A DNA stretch of 64,000 nt. It comes from the human T2T-CHM13v2.0 reference genome, Homo sapiens. The notes below the pieces were generated by a model, which ran no database searches, was not told the DNA's origin, and saw only the letters and a list, made by a program, of their open reading frames with translations. Position 1 is the stretch's first letter. Each line of letters starts with the position of its first letter. Shown one piece after another: positions 43,216 through 59,075 of the stretch. Made by a program: the position numbers and the translations under genes. Location of the stretch: NCBI RefSeq assembly GCF_009914755.1, contig NC_060931.1; one strand, 5' to 3'.

Positions 43216-44036
43216 TGGTTTTTTTTTTTTTTTTTGTTATCTTTTTGCCTCTCTGTACTTCACTGTGAATATTTTCCTCTGATGTATTTTCTAGTTCAAT
43301 AATCTTCTACAGCTGTTGCTAATGTATCGGGAAGATTGTCTATCCACTGGATTCTATTTGCAGTTATTTTTTCAGTTTTAGAATATCTGCTTTATTCTTG
43401 GCCATTGTTTTCTATCTTGTCATTACATATATTGTACATATCATCAGCATTGTAATAGCTCCACCTGGTAATGCCACTTCTACACCACCTGTTTTTATTT
43501 TCTGTTTTTTCTCTTGGTTTTCTCAGTTGTAGTTTTAAAATTTAAATGTCTCATTTTTGTTTGTTGTTTGTTTTTTTAGTTTTGGAGATAATGTATGGCT
43601 CATTGCCTTGTCTTGGTTTAGGAAAAATTTCCTTCTGCTTCTGCAGGCAGTTAGGCTTAGGGCAGATCACATAAATCTATTCAGAAATTGAACTATGTCA
43701 AACCTGGTGTTTAGTCTTTGAAGCTGGTTTATCACCAGTACACTCCTCTTCCTGAGGTGTAGTTCTTTGTGCTAACAACAGACAGCTGGTGGTATTTACC
43801 AGGGCCTCTCTCCAAAGACCAGCTCTAAGGTCAGCTCTAAGAAAGCCCTAAGTTCTATGAAACTGCCAAAAACTCTGCTCAGCCTTTTAGCCTGTTTGTG
43901 CTTTGTTCTTATGTTTTGAGTCTCTCTGCCACTGATTGAAATCAACAAATTCTCAAGGGAGAAAGCAAAGCTGAATACAGATTTATCTCTGTGGTCTTCC
44001 TTTATCTCTAGAATCTTAGCCCCATGTGCCCCCATG

Positions 44037-45060
44037 ATTTATGACAGGGAATTGGCTTCCACAACGTGAAGGCTGGCTATGCAGTCTCCACACATCCACA
44101 CATGTAGTTATCTCCACATTTGATGCTGAAGCCCCAAAACCACAGCCAGCCAGCCAGCAATGGAAGACTGTGAGCAGGCTGGAAACCCAGGAGCATCAGT
44201 TAGAACTTCACAAGGACAGTCTGACATCCCTGTCCGTTCTTGTTACCTCTGACCTTAGTTATGAGGGTATACTACTGAAGCCAAAGTTTTTTATCATATA
44301 ACTTTACACACTGATATGGCTTGGCTGTGTCCTCACCCAAAGTCTCATCTTGAATTATAATTCCTATAATCCCCATATGTCAAGGGAGAGACCTGGGGAG
44401 ATAATTGAATCATGGGCTGGTTACCTCCATGCTGTTCTCGTGATAGGGGGTGAGTTCTCATGGGATCTGATGGTTTTCTGTGTTTGGTAGTTCCTCCTGC
44501 GATCATTCTCCCTCCTGCCACCCTGTGAAGAGGGTGCCTTGCTTCCCCTTTGCCTTCTGCCATGATTGTAAGGTTCCTGAGGCTTCCCCAGCCATGCTGA
44601 ACTGTGAGTCAGTTAAACCCCATTCCTTTCTAAATTACCCAGTGTTGAGCTGTTCTTTATAGCAGTGTGTGAAGGGACTAATACATACACACATCTGGCA
44701 TATGAGTCAAGAAAACTGAAGAAAGTTCCAAACTGAAGAGAGCCAAGTAGGCCCAAGTGTTGCTTTAGGCCAATGAAATGAATTGGCATATTGGCAAAAA
44801 TGAGGTGAATGTCGAAATCTCAGAATGTAGAGATACCTTATGTTTTTTTTTTTCTCTCTCCTCTGCTGCTTAGGGTCTCTGAACCTCAGGGAGGGCTCAG
44901 TCTCTTTAAGTGGCTTCCACATCATTAAATCCAGTCTATCCAGGATATTCTCTTTTGATTAACACAAAATTAGCTACGTTGGGACTTTGATTACATCTGG
45001 ATGCTTTCATTATAGCAGCACTTGGAATAGTGTTCAACTGAATAAATGGAAGAACAACAA
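44037..45060 (-). mobile_element. MLT2E/F-like ERVL LTR, interrupted by THE1D
   Basis: GATTTATGACAGGGAATTGGCT..GGCTGGCTA; TCCAGGATATTCTC..TTTGATTACATCTG..GTGTTCAACTGAATAA. Confidence 0.5.
44312..44685 (+). mobile_element. THE1D-like solo LTR
   Basis: TGATATGG...CTAATACA; TSD CACAC/TACAC. Confidence 0.92.
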
Positions 45061-46182
45061 CTATGAAATGACTCCTCCCTCCCTTCTGTCTTCCCACTCT
45101 CTTGACAAAATCTAACTGGAAACTAGAAAGGAAATTTTTTGGGTAATGCAGTTTAGCCTACCTATGTTGACACATCTCAAGGCCATCACAACATATGCTA
45201 CAATGACTGTCACACCTCATAAAACTCCCATAGATCCACCCACATTCCTCTTCCTCATACCCTTTGTCTCCAGTCTTACAATTTTTCCCCTTCTAGGTCC
45301 CTTGGCAACCAGCCAAATTGCCATTATTCATACATTTGTATGTATTCTAACCTTCAGTGACTTCTCTTTCCACACAGATTGAGTGACTAGGCAAACTGTC
45401 CAAGGTTTTGCCCACTGGGAAGTTTCACCTTCACTGATTTCTTTCAGGGCCATCTTGTTTGCTTTTCCATGCCAAGACAACCCATCTGTAATGTAAGTTT
45501 AGCATTTTTCTTCCTCGATCAGTTGGTAGAAAGGGACTACACATATATCCTAGGTGTGAGCTGAAGGAGAGGAGTTAGTGCACTAACTGTGGATGCCATC
45601 ATGTTCTTACTTGTGCCCTCTGGCCCTGGTCAAGCCCAATCCCAAATTAACTACTTAAGTTTTACCATAGATTGCTGCTGGGTCCTCCTGCCTTTGGTGG
45701 GTCTGAGATAACTCAACTTATGACGGGCAGTTTTGGCTGCATGGCCCTTGATGTCCATGCATGCATAATCATCTGTTCTGTCTCTATTAGAATATTTTTT
45801 TCCCCAAAAAAGCATGACCTTTTTCGGGACCCATAGATCTACATTGATCTACCTAGGAATCTCCTGCAGATGGCATGACCTTGCTTGAGAGTCCCAGGAA
45901 TCTACATTGAGACATGGAGTTAGGATGTCTGGGATGATATGCTTGAAAACTTAAATCTCCTGATCCCTCTTGTCTTGAAGAAGAGGCTCATGGTCCCATA
46001 TATTCCCAATCATAGGGACCCAATAGGCATAGCTGATTTGTACAGTTTTATAATTCATTCTCTCTGGAGCTCTGCTATTCTTATAATTAAGTCTTGGACC
46101 TGTTCTTTAACTTTTTCTGCTCTCTGGCTGCAGAAAAGTTTTAAAATGCTGACAAGAAGGGCCTCTGGCTTTTACACTTCTT

Positions 46183-46448
46183 TCTTTTTCCCTTTCCGTC
46201 CTCTTCCCTTCCCCTTCCCCTTCTCCTTACCCTTCCCTTTCTCCTTCCCTTTCTCCTTTCCCTTCTCCTTCCCCTTCCCTTTCCCCTTCCCCTTCCCTTT
46301 CCCCTTCCCCTTCCCCCTTCCCCTTCCCCCTTCCCCTTCCCTTTCTCCTTCCCCTTCCCCTTCTCTTTCCGCTTCCCCTTCCCCTTTCTGCTTCCCCTTC
46401 CCTTTCCCTTTCCCTTTCCCCTTCCCCTTCCTTCCTTTCCTTTCGTTC
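46183..46448. repeat. Polypyrimidine/polypurine (CCCCTT/CCCTTT)n tract forming the Alu tail
   Basis: ~265 bp nearly all C/T on + strand, inside Alu TSDs. Confidence 0.95.
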
Positions 46449-46794
<346 letters not shown>

Positions 46795-46954
46795 TAGTCA
46801 CTGCCATCCCACAATCTTTATAATTATTAATATCATTTTTCCCTGTATGTCTCAGTGTTTGATACATTGTAACTACCAGGGTTTTTTCCCCTACTGGTAT
46901 TCTGTCTCAGTTCATCATCAGTGAAAATGTTAACAATTACATGGCCACCTGGTG

Positions 46955-47395
46955 CCTGGATCTAACCATTACTGTGAAGCAAACATTGAGATGTGCAGGC
47001 AGAGAATTTACAGGTGAGTGATCTAGGGTTCAGTCTCTACAGGGGGGGTGAAGGAGCTATCACTGAGTGGAAGGAGGATTTGAACTACAGTGCAGCTGCA
47101 ACAAAGGCCACCAGCCAATCCTTCCATGATGCTTTGCTGCTAGGATAGCCCTTTAGAGTTGAACCATGCTGGGGTGAGGATGCTGGTTCTTTTTGCTCCA
47201 TCATCATTCGGTCACTGGATGAGGACTTCCCCAGTAAGGAGGCATAACATGGGATTAGCTGACTTTCTTAAGCTGATAACAAGTCTTTGAGAATGACAGT
47301 TGAAAGTGGAAGGCTGCCAACACTCTCAGGAGCTGGGACAATGGGTACTTCATTGGGGCAGATAGGGAGTAAGTGAACCAGGATATCCACTATAC
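46955..47395 (-). mobile_element. LTR33-like ERVL LTR
   Basis: TTGAACTACAGTGCAGCTGCAACAAAGGCC..AGCCAATCC..GCCCTTTAGAGTTG..GTCACTGGATG..GCCAACACTC..AGCTGGG. Confidence 0.65.
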
Positions 47396-47438
47396 TAGTT
47401 TTCTGAAGCATTCAAGCAGTTTTAAAAAATATCTTGTC

Positions 47439-47776
<338 letters not shown>

Positions 47777-48922
47777 CTAAAGGCACAGCTCTTTCTCTCA
47801 AATCTCTGTGTGAGAGAAAGGTCTTCTCCTTTTACTTACGTTTGCAATTATAGTGGACATAATATTTATTATTGTTGTCTTTATTTCATATTATAAACTA
47901 ACCTTATATGAGGCTATACTTTTCATCATTAAATAGTTGATATATGAATATTTTTATGACTAAATGTCTGTTGTTCTGTTGCTTTCCAAGAAAACCTGCA
48001 ATGTTAAAGAATATATTTTACCACACCTTTAACAAGGTTAAAGTTAAAATGAAAATTTCTTTTGCTAATTTAGTAAGATAAAGTGATATACCTCACTGTT
48101 GAGATCTGTATACCTTAATGATTATTAAGGATAAGATCATTTCATGTTTTCTCAACAGCTTTTATAATCTATTTTTTTTAGTGAATGGAGAAAGCACTGA
48201 AGTTTTTGAAAAAAATTATTGGGAATTATATCTAAACCATTGACAAAAGTCTTATGTTTGAGAATTTAATTTTTATGGTTCTTAAGCATTTTATTAGGGA
48301 AAAAGGAATGTGATTTACATATTTTTATTAAATCACTAAATGTAAAAGGAATGACTTCAGATACTTAGAAAACAATCCGTGAAATTAGGCACATTTTCCA
48401 GAGTTGTATTTATATTATGGAAATCAAGAAATAAATCAATAGTTTCTAGATTTCCAAATGGCAATTTAGATCAAGACAGGGTTCATTAAGTTGGTTTTAT
48501 ATTCAAGAAGGCAAAAACAAAAGTCCCTTTGGTGGCTGCATTCATACAAACAAAATTATATAAAAATAAGTGAAAAATCAAATAGCCTCCTTACCTCGAA
48601 TAGGATGCAGAAAAATGTTCTAGAATGCTCTACTCACTGTGATGTTACTTTGATATTATTAGACACAGTTAATGGCACAAATAAAAATGGTAGGGGATAA
48701 AAGAATCAGTTTTCATGTGGGCAAATATATCAAACTCTTTTGCCATTCTTCTCTACACTCCTCCTCAAAGTAGCCAGAACATTATGATAGCATTACAATT
48801 TAGCTTCCTAGTGTTACACACTAAAAAAAATCCATAGCTCTCTTCCTGTCTTTTTTTTTCTTTGAATCATATATAATTGTAGCTCCCATACTATATATTT
48901 TTTTAGTTTAAGATGATTTTCA

Positions 48923-49225
48923 GGCCAGGCACAGCGTCCTATGCCTATAATCCCAGCACTTTGGGAGGCTGAGGAGGGGAGATCACTTGAGGCCAGGAGT
49001 ACGAGACCAGCCTGGCCAACATAGTGAAACACCGTCTCTACCAAAAAATACAAAAAGTTAGGTGTAGTGGTACGCACCTGTAATCCCAGTACTCGGGAAG
49101 CTGAGGTACGAGCATTGCTTGAACCCAGGAGGCAGAGGTTGCAGTGAGCTGAGATTGTGCCACTGCGCTCCAGTCTGGGCGACAGAGTGAGCCTCTGTTT
49201 AAAAAAAAAAAAAAAAAAAAAAAAA
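48923..49225 (+). mobile_element. AluSz/Jb-like
   Basis: GATCACTTGAGGCCAGGAG; degenerate TSD AAGATGATTTTCA / AAAGTGCTTTTCA. Confidence 0.93.
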
Positions 49226-52200
49226 GTGCTTTTCAGTCACCCATTAATTCCATTTTCTACAATATGGATAATGACAAATGTTTTTATTTATTTTCAATGT
49301 TGCCCAATATTTAACTCTTTTTGTTGTAATATAATTAAAACCAAATTTCTAAGATAAAAAGCCAATAATAAATACTGGTGCATGTAGCTGGGAAGGGCAT
49401 TGAGAAACAAAAGACCATTCACACCAGTTCACATCTAGCTTTGCTACCAGATCAGTTCTGACACAAATTTACAAAAACTTTTGGGGGTTTAGTGGTTTTC
49501 TGAATTTTGGATAAGGGTTAATGGATCTGTAATATGGTAAGTGTAATCTTTGATGCTTGTATTCTTATTCTGAAGAGAGACCTCAAATGGAGTCATCTTT
49601 GTTCAGAAGAAATACTAAAAACATAGGGTTGGAAGGATGCTGGATTATCAATTATATTCAAATTTGTGGTCCCTTTATTTTCATTCAATATACATTTCCC
49701 CAGGTCCTAGGTCTGTTCACAAAAGCAAATACATAAATCCAGTCCTCAGGTAGCTCAGGCCCCCTAGTATGGGAGAAGCAGAGATAACAAAAAAGAAAGA
49801 GAAAATAAGAGCTATATGGGTATGACGGGAGGAGAAGACACTTCATTTCTGACCATAAAGTAGTGAGAACTGTGTCACTGGAGAAAATATGCAACACAAC
49901 TGTTTGGAAGAATTCAACAGATGTGCAGGGAGGGTCCTGGAGAAAGTGAAAACACAAAGTGCTCCCTGTCCCTGGGGATACCTTCCAAACTGTGATTCAC
50001 AGAAGTGAAATCCAAAGAGAGAGTAGTTTCTTGCCTGGTGGATGAAACCATTTGAAGGCTGGGGCTGCTGAGAGACCTGTGATTTGTGGGCGGGGTTTGG
50101 GAGAGGAGCCTGGGAGCATCTTGCTTTTCCCTGGAGGTGGTCAGGAGGGCTGCAATAGGAGATAACACCTTTTCTGCCCAGTTAAGCTCTTTATGTGCTT
50201 CCCAAAATGCTTAGGATTTGTCCTTTAGTAAATATTTAAGTTCCCTGGGGGTGGTTACAGCAGGTGATTCTGGTGGCAAGCCCCTACACAGGTCAGGAAC
50301 TCTCATGTGTGGAAGAACTGCTCAATTACATTTTCTGTAATCTCTGATTTCATTCCACATATATTTGGCTACATTTCCTAGGAAAAAAGCTCAATTAAAA
50401 ACTACTGATAGCATAATGATTTGAGGAATGAAAGTATTTCATGACATCAAACTGATTTTTGAAGGTTTTTATTGAAATATGTAATTTCAGTAAAAGCTTA
50501 TAAAAACTCAGTAAATTAAACTCAAAACTATCCAATACTAAAATAATGAAAAATAATTTTTATCTCCATTATTACTTGTTGGCTCTGCAGTCTTTCTCAG
50601 CATCTCATTCATCCATGCACTATTTTATAGAAATTCAAAAGGCTATTTCCCAGGTAGCAAATTATACCTCTCAGAAATCAATTACATTTCAGGACAATGC
50701 TAACACTACACATCTTTTTATTAGGAAATAAAACCACAGGATATGGATAGTAATAAAATGAGAATTATTTTACTGGCAATGTCCATAAAAGTATCCAATA
50801 ATCTCAAAATCAAAGAGAAAAAACATATCCAAGATCTGCTACTGAACAATATTAGCAGTATTATTTCCCCCAGGTTCACATTAATTTCTTCTCTCCACTT
50901 TTGATATATTGCACACATTTTAAAAAACCATGTGTTATTTGCTTACTCCCCAGTTATGAAATGCTGGGAAACTTTTTCACATTATGTTACACTTGGTATC
51001 TTAACTCTACTCCCTTTTAATTGATTAACGAGGGAGGAGTGAAGGAAACAATGTTAGAGAAAGATTTCATTAGGTATAAATTGCAAGACATTTGTTCGAA
51101 TGAACATAATATCTCAGCTCTATTTTGATGGGCCTTGGGGGAATGCTTTAAGTATTACTGTAAGTACCAAACCAAGCACTGAACAATTTAATGATGCCAT
51201 TAGAGTATGGCCTTGTATCTGGTTTTTGCTTCAAAATGTTCCTGGGGAAAACTTCACTGACTGGTAATAGGGACCAAAATAATGCTTTCAAGTATGTGTT
51301 ACCAACAAATACATCAAATGGGAGTTATTTAAGATAAACAAACAAAAAGTTTCTTTTTTTAGGCTTAAGTGATTCTGATATACCTTTTCCATAAAAAATA
51401 AAATCTGGATATCTCAAAGCTATATTTATCAAGCAAAGCCAGATTCTCCAACCAAATGACTTAGGACTTGTGAAAGTATTAGCTAGCAACCAAGATTTCT
51501 TCAGTTATTTTTAACTACCAATAATTCTGCTGCCTGTTATGCAAACACTAATTTTTATAAAGCTTTAAAACATTAAAAAAGGATAAAGAATAATATACAA
51601 TCATCTACTTTTTCTCCATCTAGAATTGGCAAATGTTAATATTTTGTCATAATTTGCTTTAAGTATTTTTTTTCTTAAATAAAACATGATAGATTTAGCT
51701 AAACCACCCATAATTCTGATCTTGGAGTAAGTTCTATGATGTTACTATTCCAAAATACATACTCGTGTATAATCTATATTGTGCTTTATGTATGTGGGTG
51801 TGTATGTATATATCATACATATTTTGTATTAGCTTTTTATAATCCATCATTAAGATCAATCCATGTTTGTATATATACAAATTAGCTCATTCGTTTTCAT
51901 TCCTATGTAATATTTCATCATAAAAATGCTGCAGTTTTTTCATTTTTATGCTTACAAAAATTTCCCCCATGTTTTTTTCTTTTTTGTTCTTTTGCTATTA
52001 AAAATGCTGCAATAAACATATTGAATATGTCTCCTTGTGCACATGTTCGAGCTTTTCTGGGGTGGGGCTTAGAAAAAGAGGTTATATACCTGGAAATTAA
52101 ATAGCAGGGGTTCCAGGTTATGAGTATTCACAGCAGTATTTGATTCTGCTTAATTGCCCTCTGAAGAGGCTGTACCTGTTTCTGTTCCCACGTGCAGTTT

Positions 52201-52486
52201 GTGAGAATTCCTTTTCCTCATATCGTCACTAACATTTTACACTGTCAGACTTAAATATTTGACTTGGTGGGTAGAAAACGGTATCTCATGTTTTCAGTCA
52301 GCAATTCCTTGACTATTGTTGACATTAAGCAACTTTTTGAATATTTACTTTCCATTAGTGTTTCCTCTTCTGCCAATTGTCTTTTCCTATTTTACCCTAT
52401 TTTCACCATTAGATTAATGTATTTTAATTATTGATTTCCAAGAATTCCTATTATGTTCTGGGTTATTTTTATTTGTCTTTTCTTGA

Positions 52487-52797
<311 letters not shown>

Positions 52798-53129
52798 TTT
52801 TCTTGATCTTTAATATTGGTTATAGTTTCTTTAACCATATGGAAGTTTTGAGTTTTGATACATGAAACCCGTATCTTTGCTATCTGTCTTTTGATTTGGT
52901 TGGTTTAACATTTTTTTGTACTTTGAGGTGTAAAATCCCCTCTTTGTTTTCATTTCTAAAAATTGTCTTAGGTTTTCATACCCCTTTATTTTTTCATGTG
53001 AATTTTAAGAGAAATGTTTGTTAATTAAATTGAAATTGTAGGTTAATTTGAAAAGAATGTATTCATCGTTGTCTTCTCCTTCATAAACATCGTATATGCT
53101 TTCATGTATTCATAAATAATTTATATCCT

Positions 53130-53386
53130 GGCTCAGTTAGTCCAGGCTGCTATAACAGAATATCTCAGACTAGGCGGCTTAAACAAAAACTCACAGTTCT
53201 GGAGGGTTAAGAAATCCAAAATCAAAGTGCTGGAAGATTTGGTGTCTGGTGAGGGCTCACAAGCTCTCTGGGGTCCCTTTTAGAAGGGCGCTAATCTTAT
53301 TCAAGAAACCCCCACCCTCATGACCTAATCACCCCCCAAAAGCCCCACCTCCTAATACCATCACATTGCAGGTAGGATTTCAGCAC
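53130..53386 (-). mobile_element. MLT1A-like LTR, partial
   Basis: CAGGCTGCTATAACA, CTCACAGTTCTGGAGG, GGTGTCTGGTGAGGGC, CCCTCATGACCTAATCACC. Confidence 0.8.
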
Positions 53387-54683
53387 AGGCCAGGAGCTGT
53401 TCATTAACAGGCTTCAGGGAGATGTCCTGTATATGCAGAGCATAGGACCTGGCTAAGAACAAACTGGAATCCCTACCCAGGTGTCTAGGGCTCCTCCTCT
53501 CCTGTTTCCTACCCACCGATTCCAGCTCCCTCAGCAGCCTAACTGCCAAATACTTTACTCAGCCCAACAAAACCACTGCATTCCATTTGAGTTCCACTTC
53601 CCTATGTTACAGTTTGGAAAGTAGAGCTCACTTTATTTTTCTCTTTCTCTTAAGGACCATTCCCTGCACACTTGTGGTCCAATTATTGGGAATAGTTGTG
53701 TTGCCTGTCCAGTGCGATAGTTGCCTATCAGTGATAGGGCAAGACCAATACTTACTACAATTTCAGGGTCCCTAAATATTCATATATCTATTTCCTTTCT
53801 TCTTTTTGTATTAACTCATATTTCCTGTAGAATGCTGACTAGAAGTACTAATAGCAGATTTTCCTGTCTTGCTTTTAATATTAATGATAATGTTTTCTGA
53901 AGTTTCACCAGTAAGTATAATATTCATTTTAGGGTTTTGTGAGATTTACTTTATCATGTAAAGTAACTCCCCTTATATATGCAGTTTAGTTAGCATTTTA
54001 AAAATCATAAGCGGATACTGATTCCTTATAAATTTTTTTTTCTGTTTAGGTGGTTATATGTTTTTTTTCCATGAATCTTTAATGTGTTGGAAAACATTAT
54101 AATTTTTAATGTTGAATCATTTTTGCATTCCTTTGGGGTAAATTCTACTTCATCATGATATATTACATTTTTATATATACCTTTGGATTTAAGTTACTGA
54201 TTAAAACTTTATTAGAATTTTTTTCTGTAATTATAAATAAAATTGGTTTATAATTTTCTCATTCTGTAGTGGTTTTGTTAGGTTTTGGTATCATGTTAAT
54301 AAAAGTTTCATAAAGTGAAATGGATAACTTTTTTCTTTTCTGAAGTGTTCAAATAATAGAAATATGGTAAAACTTACCTATGAAACCATCTGAACTAAGC
54401 AGAAATAAGTTCAGTGGTTCTGTGGTTTGTGAACTTTCTATATCTTTGTATTTCTGAAATATCTTTTTATCCTTTCCTTAAAATGACAATTTGGCTGTTT
54501 AAAAATTTTAGATTAAAAATTATTTAACGTCAGTACTTTGAAAATATTCCTTCACTGTCTTCTGATTTTGATTTTTACTGATGTGGTGTCTGCAACAGTC
54601 TGTTTTTAGTTCTTTGATAGGAAATCTCCCTTTTGTCTTTAGTGGCTTTCAATATGTTTTGTTTCATCCTTGACAATCTATAA

Positions 54684-55021
<338 letters not shown>

Positions 55022-55414
55022 AAGGGCTTATCTTTTAGCTAATTTTTGGAAGATTGTTAGCCATTATCACTTTACATATTTTCTCATATATTTTCAGTCA
55101 TATATTTTCTCCTCTCTTCTGGAATTCTCCTTAGATAAATGTTGGAATTTCTAATTTTCATTGTTCTTCAAGTGTTGACTTATCTTTCAAAGTGTCTTAA
55201 TTTCTCTGTGCTATATTTAGGGAGATGTCTTTTTTTCTTTTTCCTCCAACACACTAATTCTCTTTTTGCTTGTGTCTATTATACTCTTTACTGAGTATTT
55301 TACTCTGATTTCATTGACTTTCTTTTTCATACCTACAATTTCTATTTTGACATTTCCTCTTTTTCTTATTTGATATTTTTTTTTGTTCCTGTTAAAATAT
55401 TCTATTTCCTTTGG

Positions 55415-55781
55415 TGTATTAGTTCGTTTTTACACTGCTAATAAAGACACACCTGAGACTGGGCAATTTTCAAAGAAAAAAAGTTTAATGGAGAACTCAC
55501 AGTTCCACATGGTTGGGAAGCCTCACAATCATGGCAGAAGGCAAGGAGGAACAAGTCATGTCTTACATGGATGGCAACAGGCAAAGAGAGAGCTTGTGCA
55601 GAGAAACTCTCATTTTTAAAACCATCAGATTTCATGAGACCCATTCACTATCATGAGAACAGCATGTAAAGACCCACCCCCATGATTCAATCATCTCCCA
55701 CCAGGTCCCTCCCACAACACGTGGAAATTATCAGAGCTACAAGATGGGATTTGGGTGGGGACACAGAGCCATACCATATCA
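55415..55781 (-). mobile_element. THE1A/B-like solo LTR
   Basis: TGTATTAG...CCATATCA; GAGCTACAAGATG; TSD TTTGG/CTTGG. Confidence 0.92.
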
Positions 55782-56147
55782 CTTGGTAATTCTTTGAACA
55801 CTTTAAACAATGCTATTATAAAGTTGTGGGTTTTTTTTTTTCCAGTTTGCTTTATTCTCTGGTTTCTGCTCTGTGAACTTTCCTATTTGTTGACTTTTTG
55901 CACTGCCTCATATGGCTTTGAACTTCCTCAAATATTTTGTAATCCTTGTCCACACTGCTTATCTGAGACAATAATCTTCAAATGTTCACAAGAGAGGACC
56001 ATCATAAAGCTTCACCAAGGGATTGGCTCTCATGTAGTGTCTCTCCCTCAAACTAATTTTTACATTAAGTTTTGGGCTTATGTACTCTATGTAGAGTGAT
56101 TGAATTCAGATCATATATACATGTGTAGCAAAAACTTAGTATTTCAA

Positions 56148-56445
56148 TTTTTTTTTTGAGACAGGGTCTTGCTGTGTTGCCCAGGATGGAGTGCAGTGGT
56201 GTGGTCATAGCTCATTTCAACCTTCACCTCCTCGGCTCAAGTGATCCTCTCATCTCAGCCTCCTGAGTAGTTGGGACTACAGGCATGCACCACCACACCC
56301 AGCTAATTTTTATTTTTTAAAGTATTTTGTAGACATAGGGCCTCATTATATTGCCCAGCTGATCTCAAACTCCTGGGCTCAAGTGGTCCGCCTGCCTTGG
56401 CCTCCCAAGTGCTGGGATTACAGACATGAGCCACTCTGCCTAGCC
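56148..56445 (-). mobile_element. AluJ
   Basis: GACAGGGTCTTGC, CATAGCTCA, CCTGGGCTCAAG diagnostics; TSD TCAATTTTTT. Confidence 0.93.
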
Positions 56446-57054
56446 TCAATTTTTTCTCCCATATATATTTTAAAAATTATGTTTCAAGACCTAAGTCTAT
56501 TGGCTTACTTACAGCCATGACCCAGGTAAGCAAAGGTTTATATTTAAGAAGGGCAACATCTTCCTGGATCTCAACCAAGTTGATAAAGTCTATAAACAAT
56601 ACAGGCCTCTCCTTTCTGTTCTATTACCTAATTTGCTATAACATTCCCTCAAATAACACCAACTATTCATTATCCCTAACTGCCTAGCTCAGTAACTTGA
56701 ATCTAGTAGGTCTTCAAGTAGTAGTTGTCATTTTAAATCTGTTTTGCTTTAAAGATTGTTTTATTTTATCTACTGACAAAGTAATGTGTATTCATTAAAA
56801 ATTTAACATATAGAAAAGAGCAAACAAACAAGAAAGAAAATAAAAATAACTTCTAATCCTATTTTCCAGAGATAACATTTTTGGGTATGTATTTCAATTT
56901 AGTAATCTACTCAGCAGTAGTTATTGTGTGCCTGCTATTTTTCAACATAATTCTATAAAATGAATTCCCTAAGTGCCCACATACTTTTTAAATGCATATA
57001 TATCTTTTTATTTTTAACATAATGAGGCTATTTATTTTTTCAAAAGGAACAAAC

Positions 57055-57310
57055 TAAATGATATCCAGTTGGAAGTGTGGCATGTAACTTATAGGTTGTA
57101 ATGAGGCATACTTATATTTTTTCTTGGTGATATTCTCTTATACGTAATGACATTTTGACTTAGAAATTTTGCTTGTATTCTATTTTAATAGCTAGTCATA
57201 GAACTACATGTTTTTATTTTGTCATTGATGTATAAAACTCCTGGGTACAATCAATATTTTTCTGCAACTAATTGTACTTTTAGTTTTCCATTTATACTCT
57301 TTTAAAAACT
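57055..57310 (+). repeat. Copy A of an old local duplication (copy B 59835-60077)
   Basis: Two alignable blocks shared with 59835-60077. Confidence 0.9.
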
Positions 57311-57622
57311 GCTGTTTAATGATCCCACATGGAACATCACTCCATTGTTGGGCTTATTATGCCATCTCTTTATTGCCAACAAGTCCAATCTCAGTCCAGT
57401 GTTTTGGTATGATTTATAGATTGATTACACATAACTAACTCTCCCTCCTGCAGTACATGTGGCACTTAAGTATGTCATTGTATTAGTTTGACTAAACATC
57501 ATAGAGTAAATCTTATTAATGCATTATATGTCATGTCTAGGGAGAAGAAATTAATGTGAGCCCATGGTATAACTAAGCTTGTTTTGTTCCATTTAAATTA
57601 TGATTTTAAATATCCAAGGGTA

Positions 57623-57956
<334 letters not shown>

Positions 57957-58479
57957 TTAATTTTATTACAATTACTTAGAGGCTGAGTGTTTAGATCTCC
58001 TATAAGGAAAACGTCTTTTCCATAGAGACAAATTATTCATGAAGAAGATGAATGATAACTAAAGCATCAAGACTTGATTTTCAAAGACTTTTGTCTATAT
58101 CTTCTTAAAAAGAATGAATTTGAGTAATACATGCACATGTTCTCATTACAAACTAAAAGTAAATGGAGTTCATCTTCCTTTTCACAGTATATGGCTGGCA
58201 AGAGTTTGGTTTACATCTTTCCAGATCATCTTCTAGGCATCACATGTGTATATACAAAAGGTTTTAGAACTTTTTCTATGTTAGTATGTATTTGTTTGCC
58301 AAGGAAATTTGTAAATGATTTTGAGAGTGTCATTGGACATTGTTCAGGGAAGGAAGAGAAAGTCATGATCTTTTCTCAATTTTTCTGTTTTGCCTTTGAA
58401 AAGCAGTAGGAAGAAATCACAAGAAAATTCTCCATGACCCAAATACGCAGACTGTATTCTCCTGAGGTTAACAAAAGCA

Positions 58480-58972
58480 GGTATTACCTCTAGCTTAGGT
58501 GATTAGCCTTGCTTACAGGTAACCATGTCATAGAGTTCTGGCCAGTGAGGAATGTGGTCAAGAAGATGTTTACAGGCACCACCTTTCCCATGTCCAGCGT
58601 TATCTTTTGCTTGAAAGGGATGTGAGGGCTGCAGCTACAGTGTAGCAGTGATCATATGGCCAAGAAAGGCCAAGAAAATAATGGACACATTGCACCTGCT
58701 ATCACAGAGCCACTGAACCAAGGTCAGCAGTCTCTTTATATATATATATGTATATGTATATATATACACACACATATACATATGTATATATGTGTATATA
58801 TATGTATATATGTGTATACGTATATATATGTGTATGTATATACATATATACGTATATATGTGTATATATGTATGTATATACGTATATATGTATATATGTG
58901 TATATATGTATGTGTATATATGTGTATATATATGTGTATATAGAGAGATATTTTCCATATATATGTACACAC

Positions 58973-59007
<35 letters not shown>

Positions 59008-59075
59008 TATTTTAAAACCCTCCTTGATTTAAAAAAAAATTAAAAAAACCTCTGCAGCCCAAAGCATTCCTGACT
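58480..59075 (+). mobile_element. MLT1I/J-like LTR interrupted by microsatellite
   Basis: CCATGT..AGTTCTGGCCAGTGAG, AAGGCCAAGAAAAT, GAGCCACTGAACCAA, TGCAGCCCAAAGCATTCCTGACT. Confidence 0.6.
58737..59009. repeat. Complex (TA)n/(TATG)n/(CA)n microsatellite
   Basis: ~270 bp of mostly alternating purine-pyrimidine. Confidence 0.95.

Noticed and set aside
50080-50270. GC box, GATA, RUNX-like and E-box motifs suggesting an enhancer
   Set aside because: Short motifs expected by chance; no CpG island or independent support
58635-59043. Six overlapping Y/I/C/V-rich ORFs
   Set aside because: Translations of the TA-rich microsatellite
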